64,000 nt of DNA from Octopus vulgaris (Eukaryota). Below the pieces are notes generated by a model, which worked only from the letters and a program-made list of their open reading frames with translations, searched no databases and was not told the DNA's origin. A program made the translations under genes and the position numbers. The DNA lies in the NCBI GenBank assembly GCA_951406725.2, contig OX597820.1, forward strand, positions 70,928,001 through 70,992,000. Reading direction: 5' to 3'. Position 1 is the first letter of the stretch; every line of letters starts with the position of its first letter. Shown here in pieces: positions 11,123 to 25,206 of the stretch.

Positions 11123-12329
11123 GTAGAGAGAAATATTAAAAAGTCTGATGTCAAAGAAGTCAGTATCAAATCAGTAATGCCAAATTGATTGAGCCAAAAC
11201 GACCATACACAGTAAATAGTGTCATTTATACCAAGATGTCATATGACTAGCAAATGCCTGTAATTTGAAGTTAATGCCAAGGACTATTCTCAAAAGGTGT
11301 TTTGTTGTTGTTACATAATAATACCCATCAGCATAATATTGCACATATACACTCTTGAAATTCTCCAAAAATAGAAATTTACGGTATTGGAGCATTCGGT
11401 GTGTAATCCTCATACTTGGTTCACTGAATTATTCTTTGTTTTTTCCTCTCAAAGATGCCTTAAGAGGCACTGATTCACCATAGAAAAAGAATTGAAGAAC
11501 TCTGAGGACATGAAGAAGCTTGTGCCAAGAGGATCTAAGAGTGTTGAAAAGCAAGGAACTATGTTGGGAAATTATTAGTAGAACTATTAACAGCTCTTTC
11601 GCTGTTGTCATACATTTTTAATAAAAATAATTAATGAGAAGTAAGAGAAAAAAAATACAGATCACTGAATGCTGCCCCTCTCTTGAGACAAACAGAAACC
11701 AGTATGGCCATGCTTACATAAAAATAACAATAATTTAATTGACATTTCAGGTTCTGTCATTGTGTGTGGTGGGGGTGGTGCATGCGTGCATGTGTGCCAA
11801 TACAAAATCATCAGCATCAGCATTTAACATCCATTTTCCATGCTGGCATGGGTTGGACAGCTTGATGGGAACTATCAAGGCCAAGAGCCACAACAGGTTC
11901 CATATTCTGTTTTGGCATGGTTTTTATGGCTGGATGCCCTTCCTAATGCTAACCACTTTACAAAGTATACCGGATGCTTTTTACATGGCACACCAGTACT
12001 TCTTAATGTGGCATCATCACCCACACCAATACTTCTTGTGTGGCACTTTGGTTTTAGGATACCAATTCTGTTGTGGTGGGCAGGTCATTTTGAGTACTGC
12101 AATGCGCCACATATCTCAGCCCTTTATCATTTCCTTCAGTATTTTGAGATCAGCCTTCAATACTTTGTCCCTTGTTTCCTGGGTCTTCCTCTTCCACAAC
12201 TTCCCCCTCCATACTTTAAGTGATTGGCAGGAAAACCATTCGTAAGTGCTTTGTAGATAATTAATCACTCAAACTGAAATGTACATCATCATCATGTAAA
12301 ATATTTATATATTCCAATGTACGTGTGTG

Positions 12330-12366
<37 letters not shown>

Positions 12367-12499
12367 ATGCATATATTCACAATGCCAAAACAGACAAGTA
12401 AGTCATGGTCTCCTGACTTGTGAGTTACTTGGACCATAACAACCCATGCAACACATACCAGCGAGAAAATCGGACTGAAATAATGGTGATGATGACGAT

Positions 12500-12759
12500 A
12501 TATGCATACATGCATATATACACATATAAATGTATGAATGTATGTATATGGGAGTGTGTGTACGTACTATTTATGTATATTTATGAGTGTGTGTGTGTAT
12601 ATATATATACATACATATATTTATTTATACATACATATACATACATGCACATACACACATATATCATCATCATTTGTACATATTTATATATATATAATGG
12701 TTATATACATATATACATACATACACATACACACATATATATCATCATCATTTGTACGT

Positions 12760-12807
<48 letters not shown>

Positions 12808-12921
12808 TTATATATATATACACATATTCGTGCATATATAAATTTATGTATATATATGTACACACAAATACATGTACATATACACATATATACATATATA
12901 TATGCATATGCATACACATAT

Positions 12922-12971
<50 letters not shown>

Positions 12972-13635
12972 TATATATGGATATACCTCACACATGCCCA
13001 CATATATAGAAATATTTACATATATAATATGCACACAAACACACACACACACACATACATACATCCTTTAGTTCTTATATATTACCAATATTGTCTATTT
13101 AATTTTCCATACTGATATGATATAATTTGGCTCTCCTCCACGTACCTGTAGATCAGGTATACAGAGTGCTGCCCTGATTGCATTGTATATGACGATAAAT
13201 ATTCATTCGAAGATGTATATCACTGGAACAAGCACTTTTCAACTAGACACAGTTTGGGGCAGTACCAAATACAAATGTCTAAATTTGGAGTGGTGCCATT
13301 CCATCCCAATATGTTCATAAAATGAATATTCTATGGTATATGCATGCATACAAAGTAATGTATATGTCTATGTGTTTATCTGTGTGTGTGTGTGTATGTG
13401 TGTATTTGTTTGTGTGTGCGTGTGTTTGTGTGTGTGTGTGTGCATATAATTAAGTGCAAGAAAACACACACACACCCACACATACATACTTGCATATATT
13501 TGTGCTTATGTCTATATATTTCAAAAACTGTGTGAGTGTGTGTGTATGAACACATCTATGAATATTTAATCACATAAAAATCATGTTCTTACAACTACAT
13601 ATTTATACCTATACGAATATATACAGATACCTGCA

Positions 13636-13707
<72 letters not shown>

Positions 13708-14100
13708 TACATATATATATATATACACACACATATACATATATACACACACATGCACACACATATGCACACACACACACATACATGTATGCATGTATGT
13801 ATATGGATATACCTATGCACATGCACACATATATAGAAATATACACACATACATAGATACATATATATATATATGTGTGTGTGTGTGTATATATATATAT
13901 ACACACATACAAATATTTATACATACATATATACATGCAACTATCTATACACACATATATATATACACATACATATATAATTCCACATTTATGTACATAT
14001 ATACAAACATGCTTATACACAGACACGCACATGCATACACACGCCCTCACAGACACAGACATATACTCACACACGTGGACATGAGCGTATATACACACTT
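12500..14100. repeat. Compound (TA)/(CA)/(TG)/(GATA) microsatellite field with a ~280 bp unique island at ~13070-13350
   Basis: Direct reading; source of the many Y/I/H/T/C/V ORFs in the track. Confidence 0.9.
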
Positions 14101-14972
14101 TGAGACAATAATTCTACATTAATGGTCATTTCTGCAGCCTTGAAATTATTATATTATATTATATTGAACCAACTGAGCAAAGCGCCACAGCCACGGTAGA
14201 ACCAATCAAGTGTAGAAGAACGCCATAAATAATCACCAAATGGAACTAAACAATGCAGCGTTCTCTAAACTGTGCTGGAGTTATTGTGCTGTTGTGCAAC
14301 ATTAGCTGTATAGCAATTATTGCACAGAACTGCATTTGCTACATTCCTCCAACATTTCTTTCCAGCATATTCATCACTTACGCATGAGACAGAAATTGAT
14401 GGATATTTGCTGTTGTAATAATGGATGATAAATGATATGCAATATCTTCGATATATATATAATATATATGTATATATATATCTGCTATATGGCAATGGAA
14501 ATCAAGATTTTGCTAAAAAGTAGAAAGATATGGAAAAGATATTATTAGAAGTTAAGAAATATATTTTCATCATAGTTGTAATTTTCTTCTCCTTTCCTTG
14601 TTGTATATTTGAGAGTGGAGATTGTACTGTATCGAGTTGAGTCAATAGAGTTATTGGACAACAGGGCTTCATTTATATTCTCTAGTGTATTTCCCACTGA
14701 CAGTTTGTCATAGTTTATCATTGTTTGTAGTTGTATCTACTGGTGTTTGGCTCCTTAGTCATCCCTGAGGGATTAAGCTCATGATCAAAGGCCATCAAGC
14801 CGTGACTGATCAGTCTTTTATTTCAGACATTTTATATTTAGGTCTAAACTATCAAATGTGCTGCACACTTTCTTTCTTCCTAAGATACTAGTGTTTGATT
14901 TCTGGCAGATTTGGCTGCTATTTCTAACAAGCTGAGTGATCATAAATAGGTCATGCAGATATATATCAATAT

Positions 14973-15381
14973 ACTCTTTACTCTTTTTTACTCTTTTATT
15001 TGTTTCAGTCATTTGACTGCGGCCATGCTGGAGCACCGCCTTTAATCGAGCAACTCGACCCCAGGACTTATTCTTTTGTAAGCCCAGTACTTATTCTATC
15101 GGTCTCTTTTGCCGAACCGCTAAGTAACGGGGCCGTAAACACACCAGCATCGGTTGTCAAACAATGCTAGGGGGACAAACAGAGACACACAAACACACAT
15201 ATATATATACATATATACGACGGGCTTCTTTCAGTTTCCGTCTACCAAGTCCACTCACAAGGCTTTGGTCGGCCCGAGGCTATAGTAGAAGACACTTGCC
15301 CAAGGTGCCACGCAGTGGGACTGAACCCAGAACCATGTGGTTGATAAACAAGCTACTTACCACACAGCCACTCCTGCACCT
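14973..15381 (-). mobile_element. SINE A (young, CpG-rich copy)
   Basis: Full-length reverse-complement match; CpGs retained. Confidence 0.88.
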
Positions 15382-15747
15382 TAACTCCTTAACTCCTCAC
15401 AAGCACTCATGCACACACACACACACGCACACAAACACATACATGTACACACACACACACACACACATACATAAACATACACACACACAAACACATACAT
15501 GCACACACACATGATGGACCTCTGCACATTTTCTCCTCTGCTATTTTCACTCATAAGGCATTGGTTAGTCTGGGATTTTTATAGAAAACAACTACCCAGC
15601 ATGATATACAATGGGACGGAACTTAAGACCACATTGTTGCAAAGCAAACTTCTTAATCACACAGCTATCTTTTATCTTTTACTTGTTTCACTCATTGGAC
15701 AGCAGCCATGCTGGGGCCCTGCCCTGAAGGGTTTAGTCAAGCAATTC

Positions 15748-16055
15748 AGTGGCCCAGTGGTTAGGGCAGCGAACTCGCAGTCATAGGATCGTGGTTTCGA
15801 TTTCCAGACTGGGCATTGTGTGTGTTTATTGAGTGAAAACACCTAAAAGCTCCACAAGGCTCCGGCAGTGGGTGGTGATCCCTGCTGTACTCTTTCACCA
15901 CTCTTTCACCACTCTTTCTCTCACTCTTTCTTCTGTTGGCCTGCTCACTTAGCCAGTGGGGTGGCATCATTTGAAGGCTAAAACAATACGAACACATTGT
16001 GACCAGCGATGTGTAGCAACATCTGATGGTCTGGTCGTTCATGTGATCACGTGAT
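15748..16055 (+). mobile_element. tRNA-derived SINE, family C
   Basis: GTGGCCCAGTGGTTAGGGCAGCG...GGTTTCGATTTCC tRNA-like head; (CATA)n follows. Confidence 0.65.
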
Positions 16056-16094
16056 ATACATACATACAAACATGCATACAAGCATACATACATA

Positions 16095-16340
16095 GTGGAG
16101 GTGTATGGCTTAGTGGTTAGGGTGTTGGATTCATGATCATAAGATTGTGGTTTCTATTCCTGGACTGGGCGACACATTGTGTTCTTGAGCAAAACACTTC
16201 ATTTCACGTTGCTCCAGTCCCTTCAGCTGGCAAAAACTAATAATCCTGCCACAGACCAGCATCCGACCCAGGTGGGAAATTTATGCACCATGAAAATGGG
16301 AAACCGGCCCTTGTGAGTTGGCTTGACACAAGAAGGTAAT
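16095..16340 (+). mobile_element. tRNA-derived SINE, family D
   Basis: TGGCTTAGTGGTTAGGG...GGTTTCTATTCC head and GAGCAAAACACTTCATTTCACGTTGCTCCAG core. Other copies at ~6940-7115, 31715-31790 and 33010-33245 (all -). Confidence 0.7.
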
Positions 16341-16404
16341 TTTACCTTCTTACTTTTACATATAAACGTACAAACATATACATATAATGACAGTCATAGT
16401 CACA

Positions 16405-16790
16405 TGTGTGGTTGTGTGGTAAGAAGCTTGCTTCTGAATCACATGGTTCCAGGTTCAGTCTCACTGTGTTGCACCTTGGGCAAGTGTCTTCTACTATAGC
16501 CTCCGGCTGACCAAAGTCTTGTGAGTGGATTTGTTAGACGGAAACTGAAAGAAGCCCATTGTATATATGTATATACATATATGTTTGTGTGTCTGTGTTT
16601 GTCTTCCTACCATTACTTGACAACCAATGTAGGTGTGTTTATGTCTCTGTAACACAGCTGTTCGGCAAAAGGAACTGATAGAATAAGTACTAGGCTTCCA
16701 AAGAATAAGTCCTGGGGTCGATTCGTTTGACTAAAGGTGGTGCTACAGCATGGCCACAGTCAAATGACTGAAAGAAGCCAAAAAAATAGA
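16405..16790 (+). mobile_element. SINE A
   Basis: Full-length match to 5905-6347. Confidence 0.85.
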
Positions 16791-17258
16791 AAAATTAGGA
16801 TTTGGTCAAACCACTCATCAATGGAGAGCTTTAATTTCATATGAAACTGGAACTCCTGTATGGTGATCTGTGTCACTGTGGGGCAGTTAGCGCTCCTGTC
16901 AGTACATAGCCGTGTGCTTCATTGCAGCTGAGAGGGTGTTTTACCTCCTATTTCTAGCAATGTAGGTGCTACTCTGCACCATCATCCACAATTAGTAACA
17001 AGTGAATTCTTCCTTTTTGGTTTTAAATCGCATATTGCTGCCCTCATTATTTTACGTGTGTGTGTGTGTTTTAACATTTCGCTGAGGAATTGTGAGACTG
17101 ATAACCTGATGTAGAACTCAATGCACAAATGTTTCAGAGTGAAGTGGTAGATGAGCATTGAGCAATGATAAGAAAATCAGCAGCAAGCTCCTCAGGAACC
17201 ACTCCCTTCCTGATGACCCCATATGCGACCCCAAAACAGCTGGATTAACATACCTTGA

Positions 17259-17339
17259 GGCTCTGATGAAGCTATAAAGTGTTACTCAGGCACTAAGCTG
17301 TGTGTCCACTGCATCTTATAGCAGAAACGGGTGTTAACT
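17259..17339 (+). ncRNA. Degenerate hammerhead motif
   Basis: GGCT CTGATGA A GCTATAA-(loop)-TTATAGC A GAAA C...; perfect 7 bp stem II between intact core boxes; stems I and III decayed. Confidence 0.55.
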
Positions 17340-17421
17340 AATGAAATTGATAAGATAATCATGTATTCCTTGGTCATTTCTTATTACCACACTTTGTTCT
17401 GTATGTATATATTTATATATA

Positions 17422-18674
17422 CAGGGGTTGGACAAAATAATGGAAACACCTTAAAATTTCAAACAGATTTATTTTAGTATGGGGTAGGACAGCCTTTGTC
17501 AGTAATTGCAGCTTGAATTCTATGAAATATGGACTTGTACAAAGTTTGAATTGTTTCCAAAGGAATTTTTGTCCATTCTTCAGCTAAAACAATCTCCAGT
17601 TCTTGTAGTGATAGTGGTATAGGATAGCAACTCCTTACTTGTTTTTCTAAAATGTTCAATAATATTGAGTTCTGGGGACTGTAGAGGCAGGTAAGATGTT
17701 CAACTTCACTAGACTGTTCCTCGTGCCATTCAGTAACAACTTTGACTGTGTGAATTGGTGCATTATCATCCTGAAAGATTGGTGTTTCCCTCTGGAAACA
17801 GTTCCACAAACATAGGATAAATTTGAGCAGATAAAATGCTTAAATAGTCTTGACTATTAATTCTGCCATTAAGGGAAACCATTGGGCTGGTGGATTTCCA
17901 AGATATAGCTCCCCAGATAATCACAGATCCTCCTCCATGTTTAACAGTTGGAAGAAGGCAGTTTGGGTCAAATGCTTCTTTTGGCTGTCTCTACATGTAT
18001 CATGTATACTCAGCTGATGGTTGGAAATAAGGTAAAGGATGACTCATCCGAGAAAATAACATTCTTCCACTAGTTCTAGGGACCAATTCTGTAGGTCTTT
18101 ACTCCACTCTAACTGCTTTGCAACGTCTGTTTTTGAAAGTAGTGGTTTTCTGATTGCAACCCTCCTGTGAAATCCAGCTTTGTTTTTGTGGAAGCTGGCT
18201 TCTCGAGGTGGTCATTAAGCTCTGCAGAAATTTTGGGAGCTGTACTTTTGGGATCATTTCTAACAATTTGTGTAAGAGTCCGATGGTCCCTATCTGAAAG
18301 CTTTGTTTTTTTTTCCGGAGTTTTGTTTCGAAGAGGAGGTTTTTGCCTCTTTCTCAAAGGCTGTCATTACTTTCAAGACACTACTTCTTGATACACCAAA
18401 CATTTCAGCTGTTTTCGTTACGCTAGCACCTGCCATACGAGCACCAACCATTTGACCTCTTAAAAAGTCCAATAGATCTGTCATTTTAATGAATTCTAAT
18501 TACCTTTTTCTGATGATATCTGAAAAGAAACAGTAATTTTAGCAAAACATATTAAGCAACACTAATAATAAATCAAAAACCATAAAAATAAACAAGCTTT
18601 TGACAGTTTTATAGATATTTGAAAATTACGATGCTATGATGCTAGGTGTTTCCATTATTTTGTCCAACCCCCTG
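17422..18674 (-). mobile_element. Full-length Tc1-family DNA transposon with frameshifted transposase
   Basis: ~29 bp TIRs CAGGGGTTGGACAAAATAATGGAAACACC at both ends (right copy has one extra C), flanked by TA and TG. Transposase pieces on -: MTDLLDFLRGQMVGARMAGASVTKTAEMFGVSRS (HTH), VIFSDESS, FQDDNAPIH, ...GCPTPY*. Confidence 0.95.
17474..18484 (-). pseudogene. Tc1 transposase pseudogene
   Basis: Three ORF fragments (18290-18484, 18109-18357, 17474-17809) split by frameshifts and stops; catalytic motifs SDES and QDDNA recognisable. Confidence 0.9.
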
Positions 18675-18946
18675 TGTATATAAATATAAGTATAGCTATA
18701 TAGATACATAGATATACATCCACACTGCATGCACACACACATACACACATACACATTAACTCTGTGCTTAAAAGTGAAGAGAACAATATTTTACATGTCT
18801 GCAGCAAGCTGCACTCTCTTCCTGATGACCTCACATAACAACCCCAAAACAGCTGGACTAACACACCTCAAAGAAGACCTGGATGCAAAATGTTCAGCAT
18901 CCCAGGAAAAGACTCTGCATGGGTATGTTTACGAAAGACAGTAATA

Positions 18947-19582
18947 TTGGTTTCAAATTTTAGCACAAAGCCAGAATGTTTGGTGGCAGGGCTAAGTTGA
19001 TTAAATGACCCTGGTACTTATTTCATTGGCTCTGAAAGACTGAAAGTCAAAGCTGACCTCAGCAGAATTTGAATTCAGAAAGACGAGCGAAATGCTGTTA
19101 AGAATTTCATCCAGCATGCTAACAATTCTTATTTGTTTACTGCCCACAAGGGGCTTCACACCGAGGGGACAAACAAGGACAGACAAATGGATTAAGTCGA
19201 TTATATCGACCCCAATGTGTAACTGGTACTTATTTAATTGACCCTGAAAGGATGAAAGGCAAAGTTGACCTCTACGGAATTTGAACTCAGAACGAACTAC
19301 CACTAAGCATTTTGTCCAGCATTCTAACAATTCTGCCAGCTCACCACCTTAAAGGAGACTAATATTCTTTTCTACTCTAAGCACAAGGCCTGTAATTTTG
19401 GGGGGAGGGAGCCAGTCGATTAGATCAACCCCAGTACACAACTGGTACTTAATTTATCGACCCTGAAAGAACGAAAGGCAAAGTCGACCTCAGTGAAATT
19501 TGAACTCAGAACGTAACGACAGACAAAATACCACTAAGCATTTCACCTGGCATACTAATGTTTCTGCCAGCTCACGATCTTT
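18947..19582 (-). mobile_element. Cluster of three family-B SINE units
   Basis: Same core three times. Confidence 0.82.
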
Positions 19583-19689
19583 AAAGAAGACTAATATTGA
19601 CATAAAGTGAAGCCTCTCTTGGACCTGTGACCTCTACATTACATCACACTTTGAAGGCTATTCATTTGCAATGCAAGAATATGTGACAG

Positions 19690-20060
19690 CTACAAAATAC
19701 CTAATAAATAAAAGACAGGCTGGATATTGTTGGTTGGGATAGGAAAAGGAAACTATATACCATCATAGAGGTCAGCTATCCTACTGATGTGTATATCACT
19801 TTGAAAATGAAAGAGAAGAGGATAACTATGGTCAACTGCTTTGAAGCCTCCGGCTTCACTGTCCAAATTGTAATTTCACATTTATACCAATAATAATTGG
19901 TGAACTTGGCTTTGTGAGTCAATACCTAAGTGACAAAATGGATAATCTAGGGTTTTCAGAAAAAGAAATCAACCAACTAACTCACACATTAGAAATACAT
20001 TCTGTATGTGGAACAGTAAAAATATGCAAGACTTTTCTCAAGTTTAAAATGCGACACTGT
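19690..20060 (+). mobile_element. RLE-type LINE endonuclease / C-terminal fragment
   Basis: RLDIVGWDRKRKLYTIIEVSYPTD...KEK-DNYGQL...FIPIIIGELG...VKICKTFLKF (PD-(D/E)xK-type). A 3' piece of the same family lies at 34750-34860. Confidence 0.8.
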
Positions 20061-21273
20061 TTTTCTTATTTAGATTCTAATTGATGGAGCTTTGATCTTT
20101 GTTAGAAATGATTTCCTCCCTCAGAGGAAGAATTTTAGATAACTAAAAACAGAAGGGAACATATATACACACTCACAACATGTTTCCACATGGTCTCCAT
20201 CTACCAAATCTACTCACAAGGCATTGGTTGACCTGAGATTATGGTTGAAGAAATTTACCCAAAGTGTTGTGCAGTGGGACCAAACCTGAAACCACATGAT
20301 TGCAATGTGAGCTTCTTAACTACACAGCCTTTTCTGTTTTATCTATGAAAATTTTTTGAAAAATTTTTTAATGAATATAATCTTCAGCCCTTACTCTGTG
20401 GCAATTTTGGGTGTCTTCAGAATATTGGGAGTCAAATGTCTGGTGTTGTAGAATAAGCAACCACAAAATTACATTAAAATACAACTGAAAATATATTCCT
20501 CTATGGAATTATTCATTCATCGGATCGGCAGTGTTTTACTTAATATTCCTTGTATACTAGTTTTGAAATTTATAACCACGAGATGATATATTCTAGATAT
20601 TGGATAATATATAAACAGTGTGCTTCAGAGAGCATTCATGGTTGTGGCTGCTGAAAGCTAAATGAAACGTAACTAACTCAAAATCATAATCTTTGGTGGT
20701 TGTTAGACCTCCATTGTTCTCTCTAGGGTCATAATATGCAAATTATTTTAGAAGGAGGTTAGAAATGTAGTTTTATAATAGATTGAATTTTCTCTGTTGC
20801 AAGCAGTAAGAACACCAGATTGGTTTAAGCATTCTATGATTTCAAACATTTTTCGTTAATATCACTGATTTTTAGCACATCTAAGTAATGGAGTTTCGTA
20901 AGTTCATCACCACTCTCACCACCACCACCATCACCACCACCATCGTCGTCGTCGTCGTCGTCATCATCATCTTCATCAAAACCATCAACATCATCCATCA
21001 TCATGATTGTCATTTTAATGTCTACTTTTCTATGGGGAAATATTATTCACACAAAGACACACATACATAGATATATACATATATATATAAATATATATAT
21101 ATGTATACATTAGTCAATTTAGGGTAGCAAAAAAATTCAATAAAAATTTATCGCTACCAGCGGCCTAGTGGAAAAGAGAAAATAGTCAACGACTAAATAT
21201 ATAAATATAACAATTTAGGAGTGACCCTAACAGGTCATTCGTCCACCAGAAAGAGCAGCCATAACTCACACCG

Positions 21274-21318
<45 letters not shown>

Positions 21319-21887
21319 GGCTTCTTTCAATTTCTGTCTACCAAATTGGCTCACAAGGCTTTGGGTGGCCTGAAGCTACAGTAGAAGACACTTGCCCAAG
21401 GTGCCACTGAACCCAAAACCATGGGGTTGAGAAGCTAGCTTCTTACCACCCACCCACAATGAGCATCTTTCACTTTCCGTCTACCAAATCCACTCACAAG
21501 TCTTTGGTCAGCCCAGGGCAATAGTATAGAAGACTTGCCCAAAGTTCCATGCAGTGGAACAGAACCTTTAACCATGTTGTTGGGAAGCAAGCTTCTCGCC
21601 CACACAGCTACACTGTATCAAGCAATGCATGAGTAGGCTCACATTCATTAATAACCATATGCTACGATTCTGTAGTTTTGTCTCTATCAATTTTTTTCTA
21701 ATATGCTGACGTTGCTGTCAAAATTGTACTTACTCTGCTTTCAGTTTCATCCTGTTTTACTTAACAACAAGGAAGTAAATGTTGATTAATGAAATCATAT
21801 ATGTCTTTCTTCATATTTATTAATTTATTCTGTTTATTTATGTATTTTATATTTGTTAATTAATTTATCTTTTTTTGTATTACTTAG

Positions 21888-22083
21888 GCATTCATTGGAT
21901 AGTCTCCAAAAGAATCTGCATGCTGTTAACGATGAACTAGATCGCAAAAACAATTCACTGTTGCTGGATAAACGCTGCATGGATGTTAGAGAGCGTTTGA
22001 AAACTCAACCTAAGACAACCACAGAAAGAAACATTACCATGACTGGATTAGTAAGAGATAAACCTGATATTTTAGCTGTTTAA
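21888..22083 (+). CDS. TEKT2: Terminal coding exon of a tektin (tektin-2 / tektin-B1-like); upstream exons not found in the window
   Basis: Polypyrimidine acceptor ttttttgtattacttag|g at 21887/21888 (phase 2). Translation HSLDSLQKNLHAVNDELDRKNNSLLLDKRCMDVRERLKTQPKTTTERNITMTGLVRDKPDILAV* matches the tektin C-terminal pattern K-x-NS-x-x-LD-x-x-CMD-x-R-x-x-L, closest to tektin-2. Stop TAA at 22081-22083, AATAAA downstream. Paralogue assignment is from memory. Confidence 0.82.
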
Positions 22084-22196
22084 CTTAAGAGAAAGATATC
22101 TTTCAATTTGATGATTTTTCGATATTATAAGTATAGCAGTTATTAATTCATCATTAGATTGCTGATAAATTATACTTCAATAGCATCAAGATCTGC

Positions 22197-22202
22197 AATA
22201 AA
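22197..22202 (+). promoter_or_regulatory. Candidate polyadenylation signal of the tektin gene
   Basis: AATAAA about 114 nt after the stop codon; a second AATAAA lies at 22245-22250. Confidence 0.5.
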
Positions 22203-23537
22203 ATTTTAAAATACCTGTTATTCTTACTTAAGTATTTCACATTAAATAAATTATTCATTTTATTACATTCTTAAAATGGTATTTACTGTCAGCCGAAAGA
22301 TCTATAAACTATCAGTGAGACAATCATTTGTAACTGAATAATAGTGAACAGATGTGGTTAATAGATATTCTCAATTAAAAATACAAAACCGAATTGTAAT
22401 TTCTTCTATAATGATAGTAATCCACAGCTGTAAATTTTGTTACTGAAGGAGAATAATATTATTGTATCTATGTTGTAATATATTAAAAATAAACAGAGAA
22501 AGATACTTGGTTACTCCTAAGTGATTTAGTTGCAGAGGCAAGTTTGTCTGTTAGCAGCTGCTATCGTTTTTGAGATGGTGAATTTATATTCCAAATACTC
22601 TATTTTCCATTAACTTAAACATTTAGTTAGGCTTAAATAGAGAGTTATGGAGCTCAGGAAATGAGAGAAAAACAACTGCAATGGATGTTAAACTGGAACA
22701 ACAATATTCATGATAAACAATGAGGATTTAAGTAATGAGTTTTACCTGAAGTAATATAGTCTCTTATATCTTCCCATTTTTATAACTTAACAGTCTGGCA
22801 GAAATTACTACAAAAATAATAAAAATCTATAAACAAATGCTTTTACTCGGCTGCAGCTATTTCATTAATTTATCATCAAATGCTCTCATGAAAATATATC
22901 TTATAGTCTGAGCCAATAGTTTCTTTTTTTTACTTTTTGCTTTTTCCAAAGAATTATTTCTCAAGTCATCTAGAGCAAAATTTCTGCATTTGTTTTCCAA
23001 TTGTTGCTGTCATGAGGGAGAATTCACACATACACACACACACACACACACTCTCTCTCTCTCACACACACTCTCTCTCTCTCTCACACACACTAATAAA
23101 TATACACATATATAAATATATGTGTGTGCCCTTCTCTCTCTCTCCCCTATATATATATATATATATATGTATATATCTCCAGTATTTTTGCCCCTTTTAT
23201 ATTTCTACATATATATATGTATACATATACTTATATACATACATAGATATAGGTGTGTGTGTGGGGGGGTGTTGTGTGTGTGTGTGTGTGTGTGTGTTTG
23301 TGTGTGCGTGTGCGTTTGTGTGTGTATTTATGGAAAGACAGGAAAGAGACATAAGAGAAATCCCTCGTGTATCTTATGCAAGTCAGCCATGAATCATGAT
23401 TCCTGTGTAATTTGCTTACCATATTCATAACATAGTGTTGACATACACTGAAGCCAAACTTCCTGCTTAATTTTACATCTGATGGAAGCTTTAACAGTTC
23501 TAGCCATTTCCATTTTAAACAAGAACAATTGATATGG

Positions 23538-23573
<36 letters not shown>

Positions 23574-24943
23574 ATGTGTATCTTCTGTCTTTCATCTTGT
23601 TTCAGTCAGTGGACTGCGACCATGCTGGGGCATTGCCTCGAAGGGTTTAGTCAAACAAATCAACCCCAGTCCTTATTTCATATTTCTCGAGTTTGGTTCT
23701 TATTCTGTTGGGTTCTTTTCTAGAAACACTAAGTCATGAGGATGTAAACAAACCAACGCCAGTTGTCAATCCGCACTTAGGGACAAACAAACACACACAC
23801 ATACACACTCACATATATATATCATCATCATTGTCATCGTCATCATCATCATCATCATCATCATTTAACATCTGTTTTCCAAGCTGGCATAGGTTGGACA
23901 GTTTGAGGGGAGCTGGTAAGGCCAGGGGTTGCACCAGACCCCATTGTCTGTTCTGGCATGGTTTCTGGGGCTGGATGTCCTTCCTAACAAATATACAGAT
24001 TTACATATGTATGTATATGTATGTATGTATATATATATATATATATATATACATATATATACATACATATATATATATATATATATACACACACATATAT
24101 ATATACAATAGGTTTCCATACAGTTTCCACCCACCAAATTCACTCAAGATGCATTGATCACTCTGGGGCTGTAGTAGATGACACATGCTCAAGTTGCTAC
24201 ATATAAGTATATACATAGGCATAGGCGTGGCTGTGTTGTAAGAAGCAAGCTTCCCAACCACATGGTTCTGGGTTCACTCCCACTGTGTAGCACCTTGGAC
24301 AAGTGTCTTCTACTATATGTCTACTATAACCTCAAGCCAACCAAAGCCTTGCGAGCAGGTTTGGTAGAGAGAAACTGAAAGAAGCCTGTCGTATATATAT
24401 ATATATATATATATAATTAATCAAAGGGAATACTAAGTATGACTACCTGCAGGAAATAACAGTCAAAACTCTTATTTAAATTGCCAAAATACACTGATAA
24501 TAACTACAGAAATCAACCATCTGAAGGCAAACAGGCTAAGACAATCTCTCAGCATACATTCAAGTATTTGGACTCATGTTGACTGGTGTTATTACACTAG
24601 ATAATAACAGAGTCAATGACATCTTTGCAAATTATTTTTTTTAAATTATTTTCTCATGAATTATTTGCTCCATATTGAAATTATGTATCTATATTTAATC
24701 AAATATGTCCCTTGGAAACAAGGTATACTGGATATCAGATAAGTGCTCTTGGTATGAGACATATCTAAAAGATATTTAGAGATTCCATGAGAGCGAGTGT
24801 ATATTATAGAATAAAAATGTAGGAAAGTTATATCTTAAAAATCACGGTAGAGATAAATACATAAAAAGCAATATTGCATTAATAAATAAATAAATAACGT
24901 ACAGCTATGATCATTAAAGATATTTTTTTAAAAGTTTTGAAAG

Positions 24944-25034
24944 TTCTTATGATCATTTCAAAAATATACTGCCCCTCAAAATGAAATCTACAGTTGATAA
25001 GCATCGTTGGGAAGTATATCTACTCATCAGAGAA
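24944..25034 (-). ncRNA. Minimal type I hammerhead ribozyme motif (core intact)
   Basis: Minus strand: TTCT CTGATGA GTAGATATACT...AGTATATTTTT GAAA TGATCA TA AGAA. Stem I TTCT/AGAA, ~11 bp stem II with wobbles and one mismatch, palindromic stem III ATGATCAT, cleavage triplet AUA. Confidence 0.75.
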
Positions 25035-25206
25035 AAGGATGAATTTCAGTGGAAGAAATCAAATGAGGGAAATGTTATTTCAAAATTTTTAGCTCAAAAT
25101 TATACCAACACAGATTTATACCAATAATTTTTTTAAACAACACCTTTCTCATTCAATTTTAAATATCATTTTCCTCATTCGATTTCCTTCACTGAAATTC
25201 ATTCTT

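Noticed and set aside
11455-11600. Good-looking splice acceptor (ttttcctctcaaag) as a tektin exon
   Set aside because: All three frames hit a stop within about 30 nt.
13200-13290. Minus-strand CIWYCPKLCLVEKCLFQ resembling a piggyBac cysteine-rich tail
   Set aside because: Too short, Cys spacing is wrong, and no adjacent transposase sequence was recognised.
14265-14495. 76 aa ORF in unique-looking sequence
   Set aside because: It starts in a TA tract, has no recognisable domain or splice signals, and other frames are closed.
15748-15812. tRNA-like sequences here and at 16100-16165 and 31630-31700 as functional tRNA genes
   Set aside because: Stems do not close into a cloverleaf and they continue into repeat bodies, so they are treated as SINE-type heads.
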